NCBI GenBank assembly: GCA_025464585.1
Contig: JAODGL010000021.1
Span: 7,876 to 58,392 of the forward strand
Length of the DNA: 50,517 nucleotides
Source: Methanosarcinales archaeon
GTDB taxonomy: Archaea; Halobacteriota; Syntropharchaeia; Alkanophagales; Methanospirareceae
Direction: 5' to 3'
The translations under genes were made by a program, and so were the position numbers. Below are positions 10,760-20,172 of this stretch, piece after piece; within the stretch, counting starts at the first letter, position 1; each line of letters starts with the position of its first letter. The notes beneath the pieces were generated by a model. That model made no database searches. It was not told the origin of the DNA and saw nothing but the letters and a program-made list of their open reading frames with translations.

Positions 10760-11437
10760 TTATCTCCTTCCTTTTTCTCTTTTTAACGAATCTAAAAAAT
10801 CCGCCACTCTATCTGTTAAACCTGAGGTATGGGACTCACTCGCAATCTTTAATATCGCCTCAGTTGCGAGGTTCATATTATCCTCTCTCCCTCTTACCCA
10901 AATACGACCATTCTTCGCGATAAATATAAAGCAATTACATTTTTCCTTTAGCATCTTTACCATCGAACCACTCCTTCCTATAACCCGTGGTACCTTAGTA
11001 TGTGGTATCTCGATCAATCTCCCGCCGCTTCTCAAATTGAAATCTTCCTTTAATGCTAAATCTACCCTCATTACCGCATCCACATTCGTCACTTTCGCTA
11101 CGATCAATTCATCTAAATCCAGAAATCTGCTCATGCTGCCAAACTCTATCTTCTCATCCCTCGTATCCGCGAATTCCGACATGTGTAATCGCGCTTCGTA
11201 GGGAGAAGCAATGTCAACAATCCAGAAAGGGAAAGAGATCTCTGCTATTCTGCCTATCACCACATCCCCCTCTGCTGGCACATACTTCCCGGACAGCGGA
11301 ACCACTTTTATCCCCCCTCTTTCGTCCACTATGCCATACCTCATTGCATAGACCTTACCATCTTCAACGTAAGTCCCCTCTCCTGCACGACTCGCCGCTT
11401 CTGAAATAAAATCCCCAGGGACCACCACTTTATACAT
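10760..11437 (-). CDS. rrp4: Exosome complex RNA-binding subunit Rrp4 (S1 + KH domains)
   Basis: VVPGD...GEGTY N-terminus and GDVVIGRI (S1). The KH-like part is RVIGRSGSMVKMLKEK. It sits upstream of rrp41. Confidence 0.85.
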   Translation of the reverse strand: MYKVVVPGDFISEAASRAGEGTYVEDGKVYAMRYGIVDERGGIKVVPLSGKYVPAEGDVVIGRIAEISFPFWIVDIASPYEARLHMSEFADTRDEKIEFGSMSRFLDLDELIVAKVTNVDAVMRVDLALKEDFNLRSGGRLIEIPHTKVPRVIGRSGSMVKMLKEKCNCFIFIAKNGRIWVRGREDNMNLATEAILKIASESHTSGLTDRVADFLDSLKREKGRR

Positions 11438-11443
11438 TTCTCC

Positions 11444-12136
11444 TCACTTCACGAGCTTCGTTTGAACTTCCCCTTTTGTTATTGTGTTCAAAAAAGAGAA
11501 GAATTCATCCCTCATTCCCGCGGGCACTCGCACCAGTGCGATGAATGAACCGTCACCCTGCCATTCCTCCTTCTTTATCTCATAATTCTTCTTTATCTCA
11601 TATACACGCCTGGTGTATGCCGCCGGGATTTTTATCGCTATCTGTATCTCCTCTATTTTTATCGGAATTTTCACCCTTATAGACTTCAACGTCTCACTTA
11701 CCAATTCGTCTATGGACTTAAAAGGGTCAATGTGCACCTTCGCTTCTTTCATCGCTATCGCTATTCTTTGGGGAGGGTGAGGCGTATTTGTCTGCGGGTT
11801 TATAGAGATGCGAGAAATTCGTTCTATCACCGCTTTCTTCTTCTCCTCCACCTTTTTCCTCCTTTGCTCTGCGGTAAGGTGCACCTCACCTTCTTTTATT
11901 ATCCTCTTCGCTATTTCTCCTACTTCAGTAGTAGAAAACACAGCCATCAAATCGCCTTCTGTTGCTTTTTCGCCTTTTGACGCCTCCGCAAATATCTCTT
12001 CCACCGCTAAAGCATCCCCTATCTCTTCTTCAACGCCGCTTCTGATCAACTCAGCCTTTTCGGGATCTACAAGGACCTCAAAAATCTTCTTACCGTGCTT
12101 ATATCTTGCTATCACTGCTTTGTCCAGACTCACCAT
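11444..12136 (-). CDS. Ribosome maturation protein SBDS/Sdo1 homolog
   Basis: The N-terminal FYSH-domain pattern (AVIARYKHGKKIFEVLVDPE). Its position between psmA and rrp4 is conserved in archaea. Confidence 0.85.
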   Translation of the reverse strand: MVSLDKAVIARYKHGKKIFEVLVDPEKAELIRSGVEEEIGDALAVEEIFAEASKGEKATEGDLMAVFSTTEVGEIAKRIIKEGEVHLTAEQRRKKVEEKKKAVIERISRISINPQTNTPHPPQRIAIAMKEAKVHIDPFKSIDELVSETLKSIRVKIPIKIEEIQIAIKIPAAYTRRVYEIKKNYEIKKEEWQGDGSFIALVRVPAGMRDEFFSFLNTITKGEVQTKLVK

Positions 12137-12150
12137 TTTATGTTTATACC

Positions 12151-12903
12151 CTATTTCTCCCTTCCTTGTTTTCCCCTTTCACTTTCCTTCACTTTCGTTA
12201 GATATGGCTCTAACTCTTCGGCACTCAAAATCCTGAATCTCTTCTTCTCTAATTCCGCAAGACCTGCATCCACGGTTGTTATGTCTATCTTCCCTTCTGT
12301 TACTTTATACAACGCCTCCAGACCGAGCAAGATGGCATCTTCAAGCATGATGTCATCATTATACTTCTCCTCAAGCATCTCAGTTACGATGCTCCTTCCA
12401 GAACCTATCGCGGTTGCCTTATATTCAAGCAATGCACCGCTTGGGTCGGTCTCAAGCAAATAATTATCTCCATTATACACGCCTCCTATCAGTAACGCCG
12501 TCCCAAAAGGCCTGAGCCCTCCAATCTGAGTGTATGCTTGCTTAAAATCACATATCTTCTTCGCTAAGGTTTGCACATCTATCGCTTCGTCATAGACGAT
12601 TTTATTTATTTGCGCTTCTACTCTACCTCTATCTACCAGTATCCGTGCGTCTGCGACCAATCCAGAAGTTGCAACACCTATATGCTCGTCTATTTGAAAT
12701 ATCTTCTCTACTGAACCACCTTCTAACAGACGAGAAGTCAATCTCTTGTCTACCAAAAGCACAATACCATCCTGCGCCTTTATTCCAACAGCGGTAGTTC
12801 CTCTTTTTACTGCTTCTCTCGCGTATTCCACCTGAAATAACCTTCCGTCAGGGCTGAACACCGTTATTGCCCTGTCATAACCCATTTGTGGCATCATTTG
12901 CAT
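12151..12903 (-). CDS. psmA: Proteasome subunit alpha
   Basis: YDRAITVFSPDGRLFQVEYA is the canonical alpha-subunit N-terminal signature. Confidence 0.95.
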   Translation of the reverse strand: MQMMPQMGYDRAITVFSPDGRLFQVEYAREAVKRGTTAVGIKAQDGIVLLVDKRLTSRLLEGGSVEKIFQIDEHIGVATSGLVADARILVDRGRVEAQINKIVYDEAIDVQTLAKKICDFKQAYTQIGGLRPFGTALLIGGVYNGDNYLLETDPSGALLEYKATAIGSGRSIVTEMLEEKYNDDIMLEDAILLGLEALYKVTEGKIDITTVDAGLAELEKKRFRILSAEELEPYLTKVKESERGKQGREK

Positions 12904-12931
12904 TCACATCACCTCTTTTCTTTATTACCTA

Positions 12932-13003
12932 TGGACTCGACGGGATTTGAACCCGTGGCTTCCTCCTCGCGAAGGAGGCACTCTTCCACTGAGCTACGAG
13001 CCC
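12932..13003 (-). tRNA. tRNA-Ala (anticodon CGC), no encoded CCA
   Basis: Hand-folded cloverleaf. The acceptor is GGGCUCG/CGAGUCC with the G3:U70 alanine identity pair. The anticodon stem is CCUCC/GGAGG and the loop is UUCGCGA. The T arm is ACGGG-UUCAAAU-CCCGU. Confidence 0.9.
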
Positions 13004-13026
13004 CGCCTTTTATCTCCAAGATATTC

Positions 13027-13038
13027 AATAAATAAAAT
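13027..13038 (-). promoter_or_regulatory. Candidate TATA box for tRNA-Ala
   Basis: On the minus strand this reads TTTTATTTATT, centred about 29 nt upstream of the tRNA 5' end. That is the expected archaeal TATA spacing. Confidence 0.35.
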
Positions 13039-13085
13039 ATGAGTAAGAGAATAATAAATAAACATTGAACATTTGAATTGAGAGA

Positions 13086-13757
13086 ATGTCACCTTCATCC
13101 TTTATCATCGGGATATCTCTGGTAGGAATTGGATTTCTGACAGGACTGAGCGGGGCATTGATACCAGGACCGCTTTTTGCTTTTGTCATATCAGATACAT
13201 TGAAGAAAGGAGCGTTGTCCGGACCACTTGCCATAATTGGACATATATCCGTAGAATTCCCGTTAATAGTAGCGCTTGTTGTTTTGGGTCTTGAATTGAT
13301 GAAAGCCTATTTCAGTCAATTTGAACCTTTGATATATGCAACAGGAGGCTTTGCCCTCATCTTAATATCTTTATTTATTATTAAGGGGGCAGCGGAACTA
13401 CGCTCAGGCGAAGATGAAATAAGGGGTGAAATGCGAGTAGCGAAGTATAACAGTTCAATCTTAGCAGGTTTTCTACTTACTGCTTTTAATCCTTCCTTTA
13501 TACCCTGGTGGATGGGGATAGGTTTCCCGGTATTATTCAATGGCTTTGAACAAATGGCTTTAATGGGCATATTTTTGGTAACTTTGGGGCATTTCCTTTC
13601 TGATTTTGCCTGGTATTCTTTCGTCTCCTTTTCTTTCGCTAAGGGCAAGAATTTCTTCGTTGGAAAGCGATACGAATTGACGATGCTCGTAATTGCTTTC
13701 TTTTTGATTGCTCTGGGTGTTCTGTTCTTTCTTAAGGGTGCAACCGGATACTTTTGA
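13086..13757 (+). CDS. LysE/RhtB-type amino-acid exporter family membrane protein
   Basis: About six hydrophobic segments. The N-terminal pattern G.LTGLSGALIPGPLFAFVI resembles the LysE family. Length is 223 aa. Confidence 0.55.
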   Translation: MSPSSFIIGISLVGIGFLTGLSGALIPGPLFAFVISDTLKKGALSGPLAIIGHISVEFPLIVALVVLGLELMKAYFSQFEPLIYATGGFALILISLFIIKGAAELRSGEDEIRGEMRVAKYNSSILAGFLLTAFNPSFIPWWMGIGFPVLFNGFEQMALMGIFLVTLGHFLSDFAWYSFVSFSFAKGKNFFVGKRYELTMLVIAFFLIALGVLFFLKGATGYF

Positions 13758-13759
13758 AG

Positions 13760-15100
13760 ATGAAACGCAAGTGGCTAAATAAAATCTTTGGCAAGGAGGA
13801 AATACCGTCCACAGTGGCTTTCGATGGAATAGATAGATGGTTAGAGTCTGCGTCGAAATCGCTATTTCATGGTCTGAGTAAAAATGCCGACTTGCTATAT
13901 GAGGAGATAAGAGATATACGTGAGAGGCTTAAACAGCATACCGCTGAGCTTCAGGACGCCGAACCGGATGAGACTATGCCCGTGCAGATTGCAAAGATAG
14001 GGTTGTCAAACCGCGATAAAATGGTAAAACATCTCTACTCGCTGACTGAAAAAATGTTGATTCCGACGCAAACCGATTATAAAACAGTTTTGTCTTTTTA
14101 TGAAGCAACTACCGCGAGCATAAACTTTGTTTTTGATAAATCTTCCAGGACAATCTATTATGTTCGCTCACTGTTTCCAGAAGAAGTAAAGGAAGTTGTT
14201 GCAGACCTGAATCAATTAAAAACCGCGCTTGACCAGCTTATCACGCCCTTGAAGGGCAAAGAAAGCCAGATTATGAATTTAGAACGAATACCAGAGATAG
14301 TAGAGGATATAAAAGAGCTAAAATCAAGAATAGAAAAGGAAGAGGAGAAAGTTTGTGGTGATGAAGAAGAGTGCTCGGGACTCGAAAAGCGAATCGAGAT
14401 AGAAGGGAAAAGATTAAGCGCAATTGAAGAACAGGAAGAGTGGATGCAGTTCAAAGAACTGGAAACAGAATTGTGTTCCCTGGAGGAGGAATTGAATACG
14501 CTCGAATCGAATGCCGGTAAATTGTTCGCTCCAATTAACAAAGCACTCAGCCTGTTAAAGAAGCAGGACGAGACTGGACGGTACACTCTCACTCCTGAAG
14601 AGAGAAGAGCAGTATCTTCCATCCTGTCATCACCCATTCGAGCGCTTGGCGAAGATATAAACGAATTCCTACTCGCTATAAGGAATGTAATCGGAGGAGA
14701 TGCCTCTATCCTGAAGGAGCGAAAGCGAGATACGACACTGAAATGGATAGACCATCTGTTAAATAGCGATTTATCTTTGATAAAGGGAAAACATGATGAG
14801 TTACAATCGAGAATTGAAGAGGTCAAAGGCAAGCTTTCGACTATTACGATACTAAAAGATAGAGAAGAAGTCGAGAGAGCAATTGCTTCGGATAAGGGCA
14901 AACTTACTCGTTTACGAGAGGAAATAGAGCGCAGAAAAAGACATCTGGTCTCGTTGAAAGGGGAACTTATAGAGAAAGAGCGATTTTTGTCTGAGATTTT
15001 GGAAGGGATTGCAGGTAAGCCGATTGATGTTATTTTATGTCCCGACCCTTATAGGATAGAAGATACTCTTCAGAGTTGCAATTGCAGAAAGAGCAGCTAA
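13760..15100 (+). CDS. Long coiled-coil protein of unknown function
   Basis: A 446-aa ORF from the ATG at 13760 (TTG at 13754 in the track). It is rich in E/K/L heptad-like stretches. I recognise no catalytic motif. Confidence 0.5.
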   Translation: MKRKWLNKIFGKEEIPSTVAFDGIDRWLESASKSLFHGLSKNADLLYEEIRDIRERLKQHTAELQDAEPDETMPVQIAKIGLSNRDKMVKHLYSLTEKMLIPTQTDYKTVLSFYEATTASINFVFDKSSRTIYYVRSLFPEEVKEVVADLNQLKTALDQLITPLKGKESQIMNLERIPEIVEDIKELKSRIEKEEEKVCGDEEECSGLEKRIEIEGKRLSAIEEQEEWMQFKELETELCSLEEELNTLESNAGKLFAPINKALSLLKKQDETGRYTLTPEERRAVSSILSSPIRALGEDINEFLLAIRNVIGGDASILKERKRDTTLKWIDHLLNSDLSLIKGKHDELQSRIEEVKGKLSTITILKDREEVERAIASDKGKLTRLREEIERRKRHLVSLKGELIEKERFLSEILEGIAGKPIDVILCPDPYRIEDTLQSCNCRKSS

Positions 15101-15874
15101 ATAGCTCGTCTTTGGATTCGCAATCGAAGGAACGTTCTCCACGCGCACGAATAATTTACCAAATTCCCCTTGCACTTTTATCTCATGCACATTCTCCATC
15201 GCGAATGGGTCTGCAACTATTGTCACGCGCGTAGCCTCTGAACCTATACCTGCGAGGCTTAAAGAAGCAGCTACGTTCACATTCTCAGGAAAATATTTCA
15301 CTGCTTCCTGCGCAGAGCCGGTGAACAACGTTTTCTCACTTTCTATCGAAGACAAATCTATCCCCATTTCTTTCACATACTCATTCCCTTCAAATCCTGA
15401 TGGTGGCTTTCTTGTCCTCAATTCCACTGACTGTATTCCGCCAACAACGCCGGATTTCAGTCCATCTATCCCTGCTACCGCACCTGAAGGGATATACACT
15501 CTACACCCCTTCTCCTTCGATATACTCTCGAGCTCTTCAAATAGACCAGGCTCACATAATAGCGCACCAACGCTTAATATCATCGCATCCTTACCCTGTT
15601 TTAAGGCAGGTATCACAAACTCACGAACCGCAGCCTGCGATGCGCATTCTATTAGCAGATCAACCCCGGTTAAAATTTCATCCAGCCTCGTGCTATCAGA
15701 TTTTATTATATCTGGCTTATTTTTCAGCTTTTTACACAGCCTTTCTATATTCTCTGGATGTTTGTCTATCAAAAGTTTCAGTTCTATTCCTAAGCCCGAC
15801 TCACTGTCTATTGCCTTGCATATCTCACTTCCGATTGCACCGCAACCGACCACACCCGCTCTTATTTTTGCCAT
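15035..15874 (-). CDS. nadX: L-aspartate dehydrogenase
   Basis: Rossmann N-terminus GVVGCGAIGSEI. Length of 279 aa and divergent pairing with nadC fit. Confidence 0.8.
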   Translation of the reverse strand: MAKIRAGVVGCGAIGSEICKAIDSESGLGIELKLLIDKHPENIERLCKKLKNKPDIIKSDSTRLDEILTGVDLLIECASQAAVREFVIPALKQGKDAMILSVGALLCEPGLFEELESISKEKGCRVYIPSGAVAGIDGLKSGVVGGIQSVELRTRKPPSGFEGNEYVKEMGIDLSSIESEKTLFTGSAQEAVKYFPENVNVAASLSLAGIGSEATRVTIVADPFAMENVHEIKVQGEFGKLFVRVENVPSIANPKTSYLAALSAIATLKSIFYPIRVGT

Positions 15875-15943
15875 AAACTTTTTGCTTTGCTTGCTTGCAA
15901 AAGCTTTATTAAATTAAAAATAAAAAGTTTTGCTAAAAAAAAG

Positions 15944-16768
15944 ATGCTGCTGAAAGAGATAGAAAGTTTTCTGGAAGAGGACGTAGGACATGAGGATTAT
16001 GAGGAGATAGTGCCATACACGACTTGTAAAGCAGAAATAACAGTGAAAGAAGAAGGTATCCTTGCTGGTTTAGACGAAGCGAAGCAGATATTTGACTATT
16101 TATCGGTCCAGTATTCCACTGAGTTTGAGGATGGAGCCCGAATAAACAGCGGGGATACTATTCTGACTGTAATGGGTGCAGGTGCGAAGATATTAAAGGC
16201 AGAAAGACTTGTGCTCAATTTCTTAGGTCAGATGAGTGGTGTCGCTACCGTAACGAATAAGTTTGTAACCGAAGCGAGAAAGGTGAATGAGCATATAAAA
16301 GTAGCCGGGACGAGGAAAACAACGCCTGGCTTCAGGAAATACGAGAAGAAAGCAATAGCTATTGGAGGTGGCGACCCGCATAGATTCGGGCTATACGAAG
16401 CGGTAATAATAAAAGACAACCACATAAAGCTGATGGGGCTGGAGAGCGCGATAAAAGAAGCAAAAGAGAAGGCGAGTTTTACCAAAAAAATCGAAGTTGA
16501 GGTTGAAAGTAAAGCGGATGCGCTCAGAGCTGCGGTATTGGGAGTGGATATAATCATGCTTGATAATATGCCAGTAGCGGAAGTAAAAGAGTGTGTTAGG
16601 CTGTTGAAGGAGAGGGGGCTTCGCGATGGGTTGATTTTGGAGGCTTCGGGGGGGATAAATATGGGAAATATAAAGGAATTTGCTTCTACTGGCGTTGATG
16701 TTGTCTCAATCGGCATGATTACTCATGCAGCAAAATGGTTGGGCTTTTCTCTGAATGTGGTGGAATAA
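15944..16768 (+). CDS. nadC: Nicotinate-nucleotide pyrophosphorylase (quinolinate phosphoribosyltransferase)
   Basis: AERLVLNFLGQMSGVAT, TRKTTPG, IMLDNM and ASGGIN motifs. The ATG at 15944 is preferred over the upstream TTG at 15887. Confidence 0.9.
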   Translation: MLLKEIESFLEEDVGHEDYEEIVPYTTCKAEITVKEEGILAGLDEAKQIFDYLSVQYSTEFEDGARINSGDTILTVMGAGAKILKAERLVLNFLGQMSGVATVTNKFVTEARKVNEHIKVAGTRKTTPGFRKYEKKAIAIGGGDPHRFGLYEAVIIKDNHIKLMGLESAIKEAKEKASFTKKIEVEVESKADALRAAVLGVDIIMLDNMPVAEVKECVRLLKERGLRDGLILEASGGINMGNIKEFASTGVDVVSIGMITHAAKWLGFSLNVVE

Positions 16769-16822
16769 AGTAAAAGGTCTGGTTGGAAATGCAATTAAAC
16801 GAAGCAGACACAAGGGCAAAAC

Positions 16823-18613
16823 TCATAGACCCCGCGCCACCACCTCTCTCACCTGCACAGCCACACCCCTCCTCGATTCCATCATCTCCCAACCGCTCAT
16901 CTTTGCTCTACCAACGCCAAATGCCTTCTCACCGCAAAATACGACTTCATCATTCACCCTTATTTGTTCGCTCGCATTTATAACTCCAGGTGCCAATATC
17001 GAACCCTCAGGAACAAAATCACCTATTTCCATCCTGTATAAAGAGAGTAAATTTTCGATTTTACGAGCTCCTTTCACTGTAAGAGCCAAAAGCCCGTATG
17101 CAGGCACGACTCTCGCAAGAACATTGCCGTTCGAGCTGAGTTTATAATAAGGGAACTTCCCGGTTATTCTTATTCTTTCTCCTTCTTTTCCCGCTATAAT
17201 TCCAGTACCAGCACCGATACCGAACTGATAATCAGCCATTGCTTTTATCATGTTCGCTTTCATTTCAAATCCAGACAGTCTCTTTCTCTCATCACACAAC
17301 TCGGCTATTTGCCTTTTCAGCCTGTTCAAAGCTTCTTTTGAAGTCGCTTCCTCGTTATTCTCGCACGTAAACACGACCTCTATTCCAAAATCCTTCGTGA
17401 CACTTCTGCATATCTCCTTATATGCACCGCTGAGATGCGCAACTATCAACTCATAATTTCTCAAGTTCCGCTCCAGGTATGCACGGAGGCACGAAGAGAC
17501 CCATTCTCGCTCCTCGGCATCCCAGTATCCGGTTACAGGAATATCATAGAATGCCGCTGGATAAACCATTTCAAGTTCTCTTGGCACAACGCCGAGTGGG
17601 GACGTTAAGATTAATTCATGTATATACCCCCTATAATTCTCAACTGCTTCTACGAACTTCGCATGTGATGGTGACGTGGAATAAGGCTTCTTCGCTGAAC
17701 AAGGCAATATCAGCAAAATTTCCCTTGCTGACGGTTCATATCTCTCCAGCACACGGTTCGCAAACCTCTTCACTTCTATCCTTTGCAATGATTCCATCGT
17801 GTTTGCTTTCATACATTGATTTCGAGCAACAGGCGTTCTGCGTTCAAAATATTCCTCTTCGGTATCCAAAATTCGTAGCACTGCCGTTAAAAATGCTGAA
17901 GACCGGACTCGCATCTCAACGTACTCACGCAAATTGCCCGCTCTTATACGCTCTTTTATCTTTTTCACCTCCTTGTCGAGGAGCAGCGTGTTATGCTTCG
18001 CGATTAATAAAGCCCTTTCCTTTGCATCTTTTCCCATCAACTTGTCTATACTTAAAGAGGAGCAAATACTGCAATTGCACGGCAAATCTTCCAGTTCGTT
18101 TAGTCTTGCTTCTCCCTCTTCCAGGAGATAAATACCCTGATAGCCCTTTATCACTGCATTTGTATCGTCTATTATATCCACGCCCATGTAGAACAGAATA
18201 GCGGCATTTTCCACCGTCACTATCGCCGGAACCCAGAACGCTACATCCGGCGGTATTGCGTTTCTCGCATTAATTATTCTGCGGACGAAATCCCTGGGGC
18301 TGTTGAGCATCCCAGAAGCGAAGGAAAGCACGAAAAAATCAACCCATAGCGAAGGTATTGCTTCTTTCAACTTTGTGAATAAAGGGTGAACCTCAGGTAG
18401 AAGGACAGCACCGCGTGGAACGGTCCATCGGTCTTCCTTAAATAGTTCTTCAAAGAAGGAATCTTCAGCATGAATCACTTTGATTTCTTCGTTACCTGCA
18501 CTTAACGAATCAATTCTGAGTAGCAGAGGTGTTTGCCTTTTTCCTCCCGGTAGAGACAAAATACCTATTCTTGCCGCACCGTCTCTCTTCCGCACCTCGT
18601 AAAACTTGCTCAT
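16823..18613 (-). CDS. arcS: Archaeosine synthase ArcS (TGT-like N-domain, DUF5591-like centre, C-terminal PUA)
   Basis: TGT-like start FYEVRKRDGAARIG, a central LPCSAKKPY motif and a PUA-like C-terminus (GVINASEQIRVNDEVVF). Length is 596 aa. Confidence 0.75.
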   Translation of the reverse strand: MSKFYEVRKRDGAARIGILSLPGGKRQTPLLLRIDSLSAGNEEIKVIHAEDSFFEELFKEDRWTVPRGAVLLPEVHPLFTKLKEAIPSLWVDFFVLSFASGMLNSPRDFVRRIINARNAIPPDVAFWVPAIVTVENAAILFYMGVDIIDDTNAVIKGYQGIYLLEEGEARLNELEDLPCNCSICSSLSIDKLMGKDAKERALLIAKHNTLLLDKEVKKIKERIRAGNLREYVEMRVRSSAFLTAVLRILDTEEEYFERRTPVARNQCMKANTMESLQRIEVKRFANRVLERYEPSAREILLILPCSAKKPYSTSPSHAKFVEAVENYRGYIHELILTSPLGVVPRELEMVYPAAFYDIPVTGYWDAEEREWVSSCLRAYLERNLRNYELIVAHLSGAYKEICRSVTKDFGIEVVFTCENNEEATSKEALNRLKRQIAELCDERKRLSGFEMKANMIKAMADYQFGIGAGTGIIAGKEGERIRITGKFPYYKLSSNGNVLARVVPAYGLLALTVKGARKIENLLSLYRMEIGDFVPEGSILAPGVINASEQIRVNDEVVFCGEKAFGVGRAKMSGWEMMESRRGVAVQVREVVARGL

Positions 18614-18727
18614 CTTGCAATTTTTTATCTCAGATATGCCAAATTATTAAGGTATTTATTTATATACAATTGAGAAATTATAGGATAAGGACAAAAAGTA
18701 CTATTTGGCAAAAGGAGCAGAAGAACA

Positions 18728-18913
18728 ATGTCATCTTTAAAAGCACGAATGGCTGAAATCATCCAAGAACAACCAGAGGATGCAACCTACGAGGAGATCA
18801 TGCGCGAGTTTGCCTTCGAGCGCATGGTTGAGCGCGGGCTGGCAGACTCCCGTACCGGAAGGGTTATTTCCAACGAAGAGATGGCCCGGCGTATTCGAAC
18901 ATGGCAGAAATAA
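18728..18913 (+). CDS. Type II antitoxin-like small protein (partner type of RelE/ParE toxins)
   Basis: 61 aa. The C-terminal pattern GRVISNEEMARRIRTWQK is typical of small antitoxins. Its stop overlaps the ATG of a ParE-like remnant (ATGGCAGAAATAA). Confidence 0.55.
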   Translation: MSSLKARMAEIIQEQPEDATYEEIMREFAFERMVERGLADSRTGRVISNEEMARRIRTWQK

Positions 18914-19011
18914 TATGGACGGAGGAGCCGAGCGATGGCTCAAAGACATACACGACTATATAGCGCAAGACAACCCTGCTGCCGCTGAGAAGATCGTATC
19001 CAGGAATACGC
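18901..19011 (+). pseudogene. RelE/ParE-family toxin remnant, frameshifted and 3'-truncated
   Basis: MAEIIWTEE in one frame continues as ERWLKDIHDYIAQDNPAAAEKIV in another. The sequence GAGGAGCCGAGCGATGG needs one extra G to read EEAERW. Similarity ends after about 35 codons, where the convergent kinase gene ends. Confidence 0.5.
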
Positions 19012-20130
19012 CTATCCACGTTCCAAATACCTGCTCACACCCTTATAATCAAACCCCCCCTTTTCTTCAAGCACGTTTCGTATGAAGTTAAACAGCTTCG
19101 TCCTCGTTTCCAATCCGATATTCGGATACCATACGGGCGAAGCAACTACGAGCCCGCGGAATGCATAAAACGGCTGTATCACCTCTAACAATTCATAATC
19201 CCCTGTTCTTCCAAGATACACCTCGAAAAACAAGTCATACAACCGCTTGAAATCCCTATCAACCTCTTTCCCTTCTGTTTTGAGCAGTCCGAAAAACAGA
19301 TAGTTTATCGTCATTGAGGATACATCGTCAGCGGCTTCTCCCCATTCCCCTCTACTCCGGTCAAGCACCGTAAAATCTGTTCCTTTTCGGAACATCACAT
19401 TCCATGGATGGAAATCACCATGAACCATACACAACCTTTTTGTTCTCTCTTTCAGCTCCCATCTCCAGTCTATGCTAAGCTTCTCTATATTCTTCAGCTC
19501 TTCACTCGTTATGAACTCATTTCGTGCTGGATAACTGTCTGTGAGCCCGAATATGCATTCGCTATGCCCCACTAACTCCCTTATCCTCCGTATATAAAGC
19601 CCTGCATCGTCTTTCTTGACAGCATGTATATCAGCTAAATAGGAAGCGAGCGCGGATGCCCTTTCCTCATCTTCTTTCCTTATTTCCCCTCCTTCCTTTA
19701 ATCTGTTCAGGTCCTCAACGTATTCCTCCCCTTCCACTTTATCGCATACAATGAAATATTCTTCTGCATCACCTGCTGATTCCATCCTGCCGTCCTTCGT
19801 AAAGTAACCGACATCGTGTGTTTTTACGTGTTTCGGTAGCCTATTGAATGCATGGTGTTGCCATATCATTATTTGCGCACGGTCTGAGAAATGGTCATGC
19901 CCAAATCCATTCCCACGCATAGAGGAGATAACTAACTCTTTTATTTCCCCTTCGCCGGTCTCAAACGCTACGAGATAAGGCTTGCCATACCCAAACCCTT
20001 TTATTTCTTCTTCAGGTTTTAGCTTCGACTCCAATCCTAATTCCTTTACGCTTAGTATTCGCAAAGGTATATCGAACTTGCTCTCTAAATATTCCTTTAT
20101 TTTCTCTTTCATATCTTCTCCCTTCTGCAA
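19012..20130 (-). CDS. Aminoglycoside-phosphotransferase/choline-kinase-like (APH fold) phosphotransferase family protein
   Basis: A catalytic-loop-like HGDFHPWNVMF followed by VLDRSRGEWGEAADDV. Length is 372 aa. Confidence 0.6.
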   Translation of the reverse strand: MQKGEDMKEKIKEYLESKFDIPLRILSVKELGLESKLKPEEEIKGFGYGKPYLVAFETGEGEIKELVISSMRGNGFGHDHFSDRAQIMIWQHHAFNRLPKHVKTHDVGYFTKDGRMESAGDAEEYFIVCDKVEGEEYVEDLNRLKEGGEIRKEDEERASALASYLADIHAVKKDDAGLYIRRIRELVGHSECIFGLTDSYPARNEFITSEELKNIEKLSIDWRWELKERTKRLCMVHGDFHPWNVMFRKGTDFTVLDRSRGEWGEAADDVSSMTINYLFFGLLKTEGKEVDRDFKRLYDLFFEVYLGRTGDYELLEVIQPFYAFRGLVVASPVWYPNIGLETRTKLFNFIRNVLEEKGGFDYKGVSRYLERG

Positions 20131-20159
20131 ATGCCATATTCATGCAGACATGCTAAGCA

Positions 20160-20172
20160 CTCCAATGGAAAC
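20160..20172 (+). promoter_or_regulatory. Origin-recognition-box (mini-ORB)-like element upstream of orc1/cdc6
   Basis: CTCCAATGGAAAC resembles the archaeal ORB core (TCCAnTGGAAAC type). It is followed by an AT-rich stretch and sits 97 nt 5' of the orc1 start. I found only one clear copy. Confidence 0.3.

Noticed and set aside
14212-14901. 229-aa minus-strand ORF inside the coiled-coil gene. Similar antisense ORFs lie at 15321-15917, 17479-18201, 22947-23627, 46349-46855, 48477-49034 and 3311-3958.
   Set aside because: All are antisense to ORFs with better support and read as Ser/Leu/Phe-rich low-complexity peptides. I treat them as shadow ORFs.
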